This document shows positions 37,850 through 50,097 of a stretch of 64,000 nt of DNA, piece by piece; positions within the stretch are counted from its first letter, which is position 1; every line of letters starts with the position of its first letter. Under the pieces are notes generated by a model, which worked only from the letters and a program-made list of their open reading frames with translations, was not told where the DNA came from and searched no databases. The DNA is from Takakia lepidozioides (lineage: Eukaryota; Plantae; Bryophyta): NCBI GenBank assembly GCA_030704615.1, contig CM060732.1:47368001-47432000 (forward strand), in the 5' to 3' direction. A program made the translations under genes and the position numbers.

Positions 37850-39400
37850 AGCGTAAATAGCCACATATCCGATCTATGTTGAAGTTGCAGGTATGAAATG
37901 TATTTCATTTAAACATAGAATATGACTTGATTGCATGTTATGATCAATACAAACATATTCTTTATGTAGGGATAGTGACCTAGTGTTGAGAGATCGTAGA
38001 AGTACATGAGATTGTACATATGTTTGTAGCATTGGAACTGATAGTTCCCATTGCGCTATTGTACTTAAATTATGCATTTCATCGGCAACACAGCTGTCAA
38101 CTCGAAAGTTCTTCATTTGTAAAGGCGTCAATAGGTATAAAATTTCTTTTTGTCGGATCCGCGAAAGAGCTGTGTAAGTTAAGCCATGTTTGTTCACACC
38201 AATTGGATCAAAAGCTAAATAATCTAACGTTAAACCTTGTGAATGATGTATAGTTATCCGATCCGGATATATTTCCGGATTAATGTCTATTTTTGCACGT
38301 GTAGCCCGACCAGATTTTGGATTATTAAATTATTTCCAAATTAATGGGGTGGAATTTGTTACATCTGAAACATATTTGAATATACCATCAGCACCATCAA
38401 CAAGGTCATCATGTGTCAATTCCCAGTACATAATTCTATTAATATTTCTTTTTTAACATTAATGGTTTTATGTAAACCTGCGATATTAGAGGCATTATTG
38501 AGGAGTTTAAAACTAGCAGGACAATGTGTATCATGGTGTTTATCAATAGCCTCAAAGACATATACACATCCATGAGTTTGTTCAAATGCTCGTTGGTTGT
38601 GAACAAGCATTAATTTGTTTGTGTAATATAAATGTGGAAATGTCGGATCATCGGGGGGAGCACGACAACATTGTCCACTGATTATATCAATGTCGCTTTG
38701 TGTTGTTGTTGCTGTTCAAAGGCGATTTAATATATCTATGAATTGTATATCAGATTGACGCATGACTTGTTTCAATTCATAACATTTGATGTTCTCACGC
38801 CAAAAATCAGGACCTAGTGCATCTGGACCTTGTTTCTTCTTTTTTGAAAACCCATGTGTCTCGTACTGGTGGCGGTTGATAAAAATCTCCGGTGATAATA
38901 ACATCGAGATTGCCAAAAAAAATGGCTATGGATCCGTTTGCAGATTGATCGTATCCTTAAATCTGCAAATGCAAGCATTCTAGTTCTGATAAGAGAAACA
39001 TCTAAAACTACAAGCTGCAATTGGGCATATAATTTTGTTAACATATCCAATCGTTCAGAACTTAATGAGGACAATTCTTTACAATTAAGATGTATACTAA
39101 GGCCAAAATGTAAAGTTGTTCCATCAATATTGAATGTTGCTTTTCCCGTATATGCCATCAATATTGTTTTTCTCATCAATGGATCAGCTTGAGGATGTTT
39201 ATTGTATATTCTGAGCAAACCTTGTATAAAAAGCAACAAAGTAAAAGTTTTTCCAGTCCCTACTCCTGCAGTAAAAAAAAAAGTGAAGAGGTTTGTTAGG
39301 ATGTACACATTTTTTATACATGCAATCATCAAAATAGCACGTTGTTCTCTGTTTAGTTTACGCAATTGTGCGTAAAACTCCACAGATGGCCAAAGATTGT
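37850..39400 (-). mobile_element. Helitron remnant (PIF1 helicase followed by endonuclease-like start; Helentron-like)
   Basis: LNREQ, TAGVGTGKTF, AYTGKATFNIDGTTLH, ELKQVMRQSD..FIDILNR and GLTYTALSR, then SLNTRSL..H...DHNMQSSHILCLNE (EEP/APE-like N-terminus). AT-rich with many lesions. Confidence 0.8.
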
Positions 39401-40049
39401 CATGTGAAATAGAAATGTTTGCATCTGGTATGGTATTTGAAAGTCCAACTTGCGGACATAAATGAAATTCTTTAGTTATATCATGAGATTCTATTCTTCT
39501 ATGCTTTGGCCTCCTTGTTAGATTGGTGCTTGCAACTCCCAACCGGCCCATATTCTCCCCGACTTCGACCATGCTGAAATCACTGCTAAGATGTCTACCC
39601 CGGGGAACAGACTTATTAGAAGCATTGGCTACTTCAAGTTGAATCTGTGCTTCTTAAGTAACCCACTGTTTGTAGATGCTTTAGCCAAGGCCTGGCACAA
39701 AGCTGCAGGCTTGCAGAAACTGGCCCAATAACTCTCTCGTAAAATTGCCTTGGCAAGAAATGCCAAGGAGAGAGCGCTAACCAATGTATATTGGTCTGCC
39801 AAAAACGTGCAATAGAGGGAGGGAGAGAGAAGAAGAAAGAATCTACCCCGTTGGTAGGAGGCCTAAAAGGCAACTGGAACACAAAACCGCAGAGATAAAA
39901 AAACTAAATACATCTCTACAGCTTTTTTCTTGGCACTCACTTTGTTACTCCACCAAAGTGAAGGCAAATCAGAAACAACCATAAGCTTGGCATATTCAGA
40001 TGGATATAACTAACGCGTCACTATAAGATGAGGCCAAATCTGTATGCAT

Positions 40050-40215
40050 GGCAGGCTTGCCAGGCCAGCCACTCATGTTCTTATGGGAGAGGGGAAGGAA
40101 GTAATGGTAGAATTGGTCTTGCCAATCCAGAACTTGGGGTCTTGACATAAGAAACCGTCCTCCATAGCCAGGTGAATGCATGTTCTCAGGATCCATTGCA
40201 TATGTCTGCTTCTGT
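40050..40215 (-). pseudogene. 2OG-Fe(II) dioxygenase (DOXC) middle fragment
   Basis: KQTYAMDP...PGYGGRF...VLDWQDQFYHYFLP...WPGKP is typical of DOXC proteins. Confidence 0.75.
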
Positions 40216-41329
40216 AAGCTGCTTCTACAAGGATGCCTAAACTGAATCACCACAACAGAAGCTCCAGCCTAATTTTATGGCAGCTTATTGCACCTCTACT
40301 ACACCGCAAGGCTTGCTAGAGCTCCGAGCCTCTGGACGTCAGAGCCTGCAATGGTAGAATTTTTTTCGAACTTGAAATCCCTTCACTGAGCGGCTGAGTC
40401 TGGAGTGTGACTAGTATGAAAATCAGATGCACTCCCTTTTTGCCCTCAACTCCAGCGATGGTTGCAAGTAACTACAAATGATCCTTGATGACCCTTTACT
40501 GCATCAAGACTCAAACTCAAGGAGAACCTCTCTCTTGTTTGGGGAGTCTAATCTACATGCAGGTTCAGGTATCTCGTCCATCCACACACATTCACCACCC
40601 ATATTGAGACGTAATGACACAGTGCCTCATGCTCTCTCTTTCAATGGACACAAGTCTTACTGGGAAGCCAACTGCACATGGAATTGAATTCATTGCCATG
40701 TTGTCTTCCCTGACGAACGTTTCTTAGCTTTGAGGCCCAAAGATGTTGTAGAGTACAAAACATTTGTAAACATGTGGAAATATTAGTCTGCATCCTTTCA
40801 TGATGGAAACGTAATTACACGTACTTTCACAATTGTCATTTCCCCAAAGGAGCTCTAATTCACCTGCTGCTTGGGTCTCAGATAACGCCAAAGAGTTCTT
40901 CACCACAACATTTTGCTAACATTCCAAGACGACAAGTTTTGGTCTGCTCAGGTGCTCACACATGACATGTCAAGTAAAAATGTCTACAGAAATGAAACTT
41001 AGGTCTATGTACTTTATCTAGTGGAATAACATCCACAACTGTGCCTTCACCCTCCTCCTCAACTTCCACATGCTGAAGTAGCGGGTTTCTCTTTCATCTG
41101 TTCGTAAACTGAAACACCTATATCTTCTTATGAAAAGATGCACGATACTCAGCGTAATTGGTGGTCTTAAAGAGAGCAGGGTGGGTTTGGGGGCTGCTAT
41201 TTCATGAGCGGCATGAGCATGAGCGGAAAAAAAAAAAACATGAGCAGACCATTGTGAGTCCACGGAAAAATACTAAACCAGGTCATCAACCATAACAACA
41301 ACCAAAACTTACACTCACTGGAGTTTGCC

Positions 41330-41500
41330 AGGCATGCTTCCACATTTTGCGTTCATGTCAGCAAGGCCAGTCTCCAAATTTACATCCAGTGCAATCCCAG
41401 CTTTGATGATGTCAGCATCAACCTCTTGCCTACTTACAGGGCTCCCAGGTCAGGGAGGCACGGAAATAGGGTCATGTGAAGTTGGAATGTGGCACCAGTG
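41330..41500 (-). pseudogene. Degenerate PLS-class PPR fragment
   Basis: The minus strand reads EVDADIIKAGIALDVNLETGLADMNAKCGSM, resembling the VH..I.K.G...DV....L.DMYAKCGS PPR consensus. Confidence 0.6.
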
Positions 41501-41509
41501 GACTTGAAA

Positions 41510-43366
41510 TGCAACATTTTATTGCAAATTTTGTGGGAAAAGAGGATCACTAGCAATCGATCTCTCGAACTCCTCATTTCGCGTTTGCCAATGGGGACCC
41601 CATTTGTCCACCTCATCGGAAGTGTGGGCACGGGAAGCTCCGTGGTCGTTCTCAATGGAAACGTAAAACGCGGCAGACCCCATTCGATATCCATCCCGGA
41701 AAGAGAATTTCAGCTTGTCGATATCGCCTGGGAGGGCAGGTCTCACCACCTGCAATGACACCAAGCGGCAAAGGGGAATTCGAAGCTTGGCCGGGTACAC
41801 CATGCCCCCCAGCACCCTGCCAATGTTGATGTGGGTTGCCTCCAACATCTTGGCAGCGGCCAACTTCATATCCGCCTCCGACATGACGTCTGCTGCAGAG
41901 GGGTTTTCCGGCAGCCCACCAGGACCGCCAAATCCAGCCTGTATGCTCCGGGTTTGGGGCCTGGGGATGTCCGGGAGGATGTCATCCTGGTCAGAAAGCT
42001 CCCTGTCGTCCTCCTCAATAGGGTCAGCCACCTGCGAAACCACCTCCAGCACTCTCCCCGTCTCTACTGCCCTCTCCCTGGCTTCACCTCGAACTTGCAC
42101 AATCCGTGCTCTTTCTGGTGTTCTTTCCTCTCCTCCACTCTCCACCGTATGGGTAATTGCAGGGGCTGCTCTTGCCCGCGATGGTCTAACCGGTGTGTTG
42201 CTGCCTCTTTGTGGTGTCTTGGAGGGATCCACCGTCTCTGTGCGTCCCTCACTTATATGGGAATCTGTCAGTTCGGAACCCCTGGCCTCTTCAGTGGCTT
42301 TTTCTCTTTCCTCCTGGCTAGCCTTGTGTCTTGCCTGTTCTTTTGCCCTCTCTTTTGCCCTCTCACGGGCTTTCTGTTTCTTATTAGGGCTAGCAGTAGG
42401 GGAGCCCGGATGGACGACCACCTTTGAGGTAGGCGAACTGACACCCTCGCGCGCACTGCGAACTCCCCCCTCCGCAGCCCGTGACGGCTCTCGCGCCGGG
42501 GATTGCATGTGCTTGGCTTTCTTCTTCTTCTTTGCTTGGACGGGCCCTACTGCTTCTGCATCAACAACCTCCATTGCCGGATCTGTTGTTCTCACTTCCT
42601 CATGCCCTTCACCTGCCATGAGGCCTGCACCAACCTCCCCAATGCCTATTCTGTCGTACTCTCGCTGCAGGTCCTCCCGTCCACCAACAAAAGGTTGAAG
42701 TTTTCCCTCTCGCTCCAAGGTGGGCGGTTCAAACATGCGATGAGTTGCAGCAGTCGATGATACCACCAGCGTGCCGGGCTCATTGTCACTATGTCATTCC
42801 CAAAATCGTGAGAACCAACATCGGTGCCAAAACCAGCATCGCAACCACCATAGCAACAATCGTGTAACAAAAATGAAAACATAACAAGTTTAGGAAGTAT
42901 AGAGAGCCATGCAACAACAATGAAAACAAATGCAACCATTGCCTGAGAATGACATGCACAAGCAGCCTTCTCCAGAGCTGCCGGATTTGCACACTGCAAA
43001 CAATCTAAGGTTCACTCAACTATCTAAGGTTCACTCATCCAGTGAAGCCAGGATGAAGATGCAAAAACAAAACGAGGCAACAAAGCAAAAGCAAAATCAA
43101 AATCAAAAGCAAAATCGAACAAAGCGAAAGCAGAAGTGGCTTGCCTGAGAGTACTCGGCTTCAGTTGGCGCGGGTTGTGAGCAAGACACTGGAATCTCCT
43201 GCTGGAGCTTCAGTTTGGCCATGTGAGAGATTGGCCGTCGTCCGTAGTACAGAGCTTTCAACTTCCGCCGCGGTCTGGATATGAGGTCTCTCTCAGGAGA
43301 GCCACGCCCTTCAGGCGGCATAAGTCCCAGCCAAAATGGAAAAAGATATCCGTTTTTGGGGTACAT
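41510..43366 (-). pseudogene. 5' part of a ParB-like cargo gene, truncated just before the DGNHR motif
   Basis: KLRIPLCRLVSLQVVRPALPGDIDKLKFSFRDGYRMGSAAFYVS...WGPHWQTRNEEFE aligns by eye with NLVIPLCRMISMPAVRPALRNDITKLKNDFVHGYVKGSTVFYVS...WDACWQDVNREFE at 26105-26812. Long low-complexity N-terminus; the start is uncertain. Confidence 0.75.
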
Positions 43367-43574
43367 GCCTCGAATAACATGTTAAGCCAAGATTAACATC
43401 AGATTTATGGTACGTATCCAAGAAGCCATGTGTCGCCAGCCCGAATGAAAACGGACGGCGGTGGACATTTATTGCCCAACTGCGCAATTAAATGTCGGAT
43501 GAAGCCCTCCATGTCGGATGAAAAACGACGGAACTCGGCCCGGAATTTCCAACGTAGAGGTAATTCGAAGCGCT

Positions 43575-45500
43575 GCAGGATGGATTTCCATCCTGCAAGG
43601 TAGGGCGGCGCGCGAAATTTCCCTCATGCAGGTAATTCAGAAGCGGATGGATGGAAATCCGGCGCCGGATTTCCATCCGCGCAAGTAGGGCGGCGCGCGA
43701 AATTTCCCTCACGCAGGTAATTCGGAGGCGGATGGATGGAAATCCGGCGCCGGATTTCCATCCGCGCAGGTAGGGCGGCGAGCGAAATTTCCCTCACGCA
43801 GGTAATTCGGAGGCGGATGGATGGAAATCCGGCGCCGGATTTCCATCCACGCAGGTAGGGTGGCGCGCGAAATTTCCCTCACGCAGGTAATTCGGGGGCG
43901 GATGGATGGAAATCCGGCGCCGAATTTCCATCCTGCAGGTAATTCGAATCCCGGATGGATGGAAATCCGGCGCCGAATTTCCATCCAGCAGGTAAGTCGG
44001 ATGGCTGGCGTATGGATATTCGGCGCCGAATTTCCATTCGCCAGGTATTTCGAAGCGCTGAATTACCTTCCTGCAGGTAATTCTGAGCGTGTCCGATTGA
44101 TTTTTCGGAGAAAAACAAACTAAACTGTTTGTTTTGTGGCTGAAGTGCACTTGTAGACACGTTTTTCTTGGAATCCTTGACTGCGGCGCGCAAATCGGAA
44201 CAGCCTCGAACGGAAATTCGGCGCCGTTTTTCCATTCTGGGAGGTTTTTACGACTTCCTTTGAGGGGGCCCCGATGGAAATTCGGCGCCGAATTTCCATC
44301 CGGGGGATGGTCTCTGTCGGAGAGGTGCCGGCCTCTCCGCCGCTCTGTTGGATATTCGGTGCCGAATTTCCGTCCGGGGCTTGAAATATGACGGCCACGT
44401 GCCGGCCTCTCCCCCCTCCCCGACTGCATTGGAACGGCCCCGGATGGAAATTCGGCGCCGTTTTTCCATCTGGGGAGGTTTTTACGACTTCCTTTGAGGG
44501 GGCCCCGATGGAAATTCGGCACCGAATTTCCATCCGGGGGATGGTCTCTGTTGGAGAGGTGCCAGCCTCTCCGCCGCTCTGTTGGATATTCGGTGCCGAA
44601 TTTCCATCCGGGGGTTGAAATATGACGGCCAGGTGCCGGCCTCTCCCCCCTCCCCGACTGCATTGGAACGGCCCCGGATGGAAATTCGGCGCCGTTTTTC
44701 CATCTGGGGAGGTTTTTATGTCGGCCAATTTTCGGCCTGACCCCCCGACACGACTTCCTTTGGGGGGGCCCGGATGGAAATTCGGCGCCGAATCTCCATC
44801 CAGGGGATACTCTCTGTCGAACACGTGCCGGCCTCTACGCCCGGGGCGACTTCATCCGGGCGTCCCCTGTTGGATATTCGGTGCCGAATTTCCGTCCGGG
44901 GGTTGAAATGTGACGGCCAGGTGCCGGCCTCTCCCCCCTCCCCGACTGCATCCGAACCGCCCCGGATGGAAATTCGGCGCCGTTTTTCCATCTGGGGATG
45001 TTTTTATGCCGGCCAGTTTTCGGCCTAACCCCCCGACACGACTTCTTTTGGGGGGGGCCGGATGGAAATTCGGCGCCGAATCTCCATCCAGGGGATGTTC
45101 TTTGTCGCACACGCGCCGGCCTCTGCGCCCGAGGCGACTTCATCCAAGCTTCCCCTGTTGTATATTCGGTGCCGAATTTCCGTCCGGGGGTTGTAATGTG
45201 AGGGCCAGATGGCGGCCTTTCCCCCGAGCCGACTGCATCCGAAAGGCCTCGGATGGAAATTCGGCGCCGTTTTTCCATCCGCGGAGGTTTTTATGTCGGC
45301 CAGTTTTCGGCCTGACCCCCCGACAGGACTTCCTTTGGGGGGATCCGAATGGAAATTCGGCGCTGAATTTCCATCCAGGGGATGGTTCTCTGTCGAACAG
45401 GTGCCGACATCTCTGGCCCAGACGACTTCATCCGTACGGCCCCTGTTGGATATTGGGTGCCGAATTTCCATTCGGGGGTAGTAATGTGACGGCACGGTGC
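43575..45500. repeat. Higher-order tandem array built on a 30-bp palindrome GGATGGAAATTCGGCGCCGAATTTCCATCC (~20 copies)
   Basis: Sub-array 43575-44050 has ~86-bp units. Sub-array 44210-45500 has ~234-290-bp units, each with three palindrome variants. Confidence 0.93.
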
Positions 45501-45775
45501 CGGCTTCTCCCCTTCAGCCGACATCATCCGGACGGCCTCCCACTTTCTGACTGCATACCGTTGGCAGTTATTGCACAAAGACCAGGGGCCGCATTCTGGA
45601 GACAAGGTTCATTAACACTCTGACTGTGGATTTTTGAGATAGTTGGCTCCCTGGATTTGGATCAGGCTTCGTCGCTCAGACAAATCGGCACCGCATTCCT
45701 TCCCATCGCTGCATCCCCCTTCTACCAGGGAGCTTCCCCGCACGCCATCCTGGCAGTCTTGTGTGTACATCTCCC

Positions 45776-46480
45776 ATGGCGGAAAACCCGAGCGCTACAG
45801 TGTACTGCCCTCCTCACGAGCATAGAGCTTCATTTCCGTGCAGAGGGGACATCTGCCGGGTGATGGAGAAATATCTGTGCGTTCGATACCACCTGAAACC
45901 GGGGTCGGTTTTTTTGGAGGAGGAAATGAAGGACTCAAACGGCCTTGTTGTCGAGAGTATTGTTGTGCTCCACGATGATTTCGGCGATGGCAGGGAATGG
46001 CGAGTTCCACCATCGGACAACGTCATATACAGGGCTGTTGGGAACTTCATTTGCCCGCCAAATGCACCTTCTATCCTGGCGCCTTCCACGAAACAATCCG
46101 CGAATCAGAGAGTGGCTACCTCAAAGAGAGAAGTCTGCAACGAAGTAAATCCAGAGCCGAACCCATCCATGAAGACGAGCGAGAACCGGGTTGTTCACAA
46201 CCTGTCCGACTCAAACGAGGTCATGGAAGTTCCGAGGTCGTCCTGGAGATCAGGCAAGTCCTCAATGGACGTCAGTGGAGGAGGGAGTCATATTCCCAGC
46301 ACGAGCACCGCAGTTCGATCTATTCTTGAAATTCTGCGAGGGCTTCACCTGGAGGAACACCGGTCGGAGCTGGCCGGGCTGGACTATAGCAAGTTCGCAA
46401 TTAAATCGGTTACATGCCTTCCCGCCGACGTCGACGGTAATATCTTCTTTGAGTTTCCTCCTATTAAATCGGTAATTCCC
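45776..46480 (+). pseudogene. 5' part of a MULE-like transposase of element B
   Basis: YHLKPGSVFL...WRVPP...YR...RSELAGLDYSKFAIKSVTCLPADVDGNIFFEFPP aligns with FRLENGTLFL...WRVPPGRYR...KSELRGIDWSTFNIQRVAFLPESFDGNTVFELPP of element A. Confidence 0.78.
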
Positions 46481-46517
46481 CGGTTCTTCTCTGTCACCCT
46501 TCTTGTATAGATTGACA

Positions 46518-46690
46518 TTAATGACCCTGTCGCCAGCAAAAGGGAACCATTTCAGTCTTCCAAATAAGGTTAAAGAGTAGAACTAGGGCCTCTCTCATGG
46601 AATCGCCACCGTGCTTGATAAGCTCATTGACAATGCCATCAGGTCCACCAGCTTTATATCCGTTTAAATGCTCAATTATGTCAGCCAACA
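46518..46690 (-). mobile_element. LINE RT N-terminal fragment
   Basis: KAGGPDGIVNELIK...LVLLFNLIWKTEMVP.CW is the LINE pre-RT motif. Confidence 0.75.
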
Positions 46691-47411
46691 TACTCATTGA
46701 GTACGAGGAACTCTGCAGAACCCCTAGAGACATGATATCTTACTGACAAGAACATCTGACATGCACTTGAAATGTTGGCTACAAACATCAGCTGTTAATG
46801 CTGGAAATGAGGAAAAAGAGGAAAAAAAAACAAACATTGTTACTTGAAAGATACAGATTGACGTCACTCTCAATCTTCTATCCTAAATGCATCCTTATCT
46901 TGTCCATTTGCTCAGATAGAGGCACGAGGGCTTTCTCAAGATTAGTGTTAAACCATTAGAAACAGGCATTATTAATATTAGCATTAGAGCTGTTACTTAG
47001 AGCTTCATCGTGGCGAACTAAGTGGATACATCAAAACAACAATGCTGAATACCTCGTTCTAGGGCAACTGCTGGGGAGGGATTCAGACATAAAATTTTCA
47101 GACAGCTTGAATCAAGCCTGATACTGAATGCCAGATCTACAATCTGCTTAGCAACGCATCCACATAATTATCAGAGCCATGTTGTCCACTAACTTCAAGG
47201 CCTTGCAATGTGAGCAGTCTAGACGTGCTACCATTCAGGATATCTGGAAAACTCGGATCAATTGTTTGTTCCAAGGTAAGTCATACTACCGGCGCAGCCC
47301 CTGACAAAGGTAGTTTCTTGACCAAAATTTGAGAGAAGCCTGATCGATGGAAGCCACAAATCTATCTGCCAACGAACTAGTCTTGGCCGCAGCTTGAATG
47401 TCCGTACACAC

Positions 47412-47690
47412 CTGGAAAAAGCCCCATTCCTCACAAGCGCCGGCAATGGCAGCCATGGTGGCCTCCCTTCGATCGTCGTCCAAGCCTGCCAGATCAATCA
47501 CGGGAATTGCATCGTTGAAGTCGTCGTGCGGTGTGATTGTGTTTCGCTCGTGTGATGAGCAGATGAAGGAGGAAGGCACAGCTCCCGTGCGCGATTCCGA
47601 CAGGGCCTGCACATTGTACTCTTCTGCATCACCCGCTACCCCCATATCGAACTCGGACGAAACGATTCTCCTAACCTTGCTTAAGTCCAA
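47412..47690 (-). pseudogene. 2OG-Fe(II) dioxygenase (DOXC) exon 1 (DIOX_N)
   Basis: VQALSES...VPSSFI...ER...IPVIDL...ACEEWGFFQ, ending at a CAG|GT donor (47412/47411). Confidence 0.85.
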
Positions 47691-48211
47691 TGTCTAGGAA
47701 CTGTACAGTGTATCTGCAGAGAGATCAAAGTGTCGGACAACACCTCCGCAGCGATCGAGTAAGTTTGAAGATAAAAAACTACTAGCGAATTTATGCCTTG
47801 AAGATGGCTTAAGCCTAGAACATACACTAGGCTAGTGTGTGTAATATACACATGAGTGTGCACGGACTCTGCCTCCATTTTATACATTGGAACGCGGGCC
47901 CTCCGTTGTCAGCACACTTGACCAACAACTCCTAGCGCGACATGCTAGGCCTACCCCCGCATCATCCTCATCGTCCTCGTCTCGCAACGACCTCGCACTA
48001 AAGGACTCAAATTGAAGAGGAGTTTCTCCAATGTGCCGACTCATCTCTCCAATTTTGCCACCTCGGCGGACAAAGCAAAGCAAATTTGGGGCCAGGGTAG
48101 TACCAGGCCCCCAATCTTCTCCACTGGACAAAACCTAACGAAGCCTGTCAACAACTCTCTTCGTGCCTCTTTCTCTGCACCCTGTACCTTTACCAGAGTA
48201 GTGTGAAGCAT

Positions 48212-48380
48212 GAATCGAGAAGATTTCTTTTTTAAAGAAGATGACAACGACTTTGGAAGTCAAGTTTCGTAAGGCTCTTTCAACCCCGATCACGACGGGA
48301 GAGAGAGAGAAGACTCCAATTGTGAAACTTGACTTCCAAAGTTGTTGTCATCTTCTTGACAAAAAAAATCTTCTCGATTC
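48212..48380. repeat. Long inverted repeat / hairpin (~57-bp arms, ~55-bp loop)
   Basis: 48212-48268 is nearly the reverse complement of 48324-48380. Confidence 0.85.
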
Positions 48381-49516
48381 TCCTTTTCCTAAAATCTAAC
48401 TTCTTTTGGATGGGTATATATATATAGACGCCTCCCGAAGGGAGCGTAAATTATGGTGTCTCTTCACCACAAGGGCTACTGCCTTCCAACTGAAAGGTGG
48501 ACACCTTCATGTGACACCAGACCGTGGTTTGAACCCACAACCATATCCAACGTGGTACATTACCACTGGGCTACATGCTGGTTGTCTTTGGATGGAAATC
48601 AAGAGCAATCAGTAAGGCTGCGGGCCCGCTGTAGGAAAGGACAAAGGTGTGAGTGCCGTGAAACTAGATCACCCCTTGTGAACGTGAAGGGACGTCTTTT
48701 TTGCACCTCTTCACAAGGGGCGATTCCGCGGGGGCGCCCCTTAGGGAATATGCTATTTCGACCAATAGCGCTTCCTTAATCCAGGGGGCGCTTGCAGCTG
48801 CCCATGGAACCCGGCTTTAAGATCCCTTGCACGTAAGGTCCTGGCCCTGTTGGCCTGACATTGCGCCAGTCTCCGGATAAGATCCCCCAAAATACAAAGG
48901 GAATAGACCCATAGGATTTTACGTCGCGCGTAATGCCCGCCGAGCAGAATGCCATTGACCAAGATGGCCAGGCGATGCGTAAGGTTTCGCTGAGATATTA
49001 TGCTTTTTAATAGCATGGTAAGTACAAGGAAAAAATTACGTCACGGCTTTATCCACGACGTTAAGGATTTTGCCTACCTAGTATGGCGATTTGGAGGAGG
49101 ATTAAAAAGTAGAATTCTAAGCCTATTGCCACTAGCACATTATGAAACATAATGTGTTTGATTAGGACTTGCAAGCCAATGAGAGGGCAATCCTTAATGG
49201 TAGGGAATGGGCCTAAGTAAGGTCCCACCCAAGGTTCTTTTATTGCCTCCTTCCCTTAAGGAGAGACCACACATTGGTGCCAAAACCAAGAACGATCCTA
49301 ATGTACCTCCCTCAGAGAAGCCTATAAAGCCACTCCCTCATATAAAACATATTTGAGAGGTGGATGAAAGGTATTTGTTATGTGGACAGAAGAAAAGAAA
49401 AAGACCCAAAAGAAAAACCCATCATAGTCTAATGAGATATAAGAGAAATGTATGAAATAAAACATATGTTTAAAAAGAGACATAATACTCATATATAATA
49501 TAATATATGTATTATA

Positions 49517-50097
49517 CCGTACTGACCTAGCTGATTAGCACTTCCGTGCCTAATAATTAATAAAAATATAATAATATTAGGCAGATTCGTTTCTATTATT
49601 TAGGCACCTCACCTAGGTAATTTCCAAACATTAGGCATGTGTTAGAGTCGGCGGTCGACCCTGGATAAATAATGAACAATTATTTTTTACCTCCCTCAAA
49701 AACTATTGTTGAGGTCATTTTCTTTTTAGAAAAACATAATGGTCTTGGAAATAGATATTACCTGAACAATTGTTTTGACCTCCCTTCAAAACTATTATTG
49801 AGGTAATTTTCTTTAAAAAAATAATAATGTTTGATATGTGATAAAAGAATGGCTGCAGTGAAGGCTGTATGTACTAAACCCTAAACCTTTCCAACTGTTT
49901 TTTTTTTTTTTTTGCCTACACCTAAACATTCGGAACAACCCTACTTCTCTTTGCTTGTGTTTTTCACAATTTTCGAGCAATTAGGCACTTCTCACGAAAA
50001 TTTTCCAAGTTTTAGGCACATTTTTCAAAAATGTTCTAGATTTAATTAGGCACTTGATTTTGAATTAATTATTGCCTAATAAGGTGGCTTAGTACGG
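49517..50097. mobile_element. Tc1/mariner (pogo-like) MITE
   Basis: TA|CCGTACT...AGTACGG|TA with imperfect longer TIRs and internal ATTAGGCAC repeats. Confidence 0.7.

Larger units (their letters stand above)
41510..46480. mobile_element. Internal fragment of a second, diverged MULE-ParB element (element B)
   Basis: Same head-to-head layout as element A. Both ORFs are recognisably homologous to element A's two genes and both are 3'-truncated. Confidence 0.8.

Noticed and set aside
43575-45500. CRISPR array, or the many overlapping ORFs as real genes
   Set aside because: The inter-palindrome sequences are themselves repeated in higher-order units. The ORFs on both strands are by-products of a GC-rich palindromic repeat.
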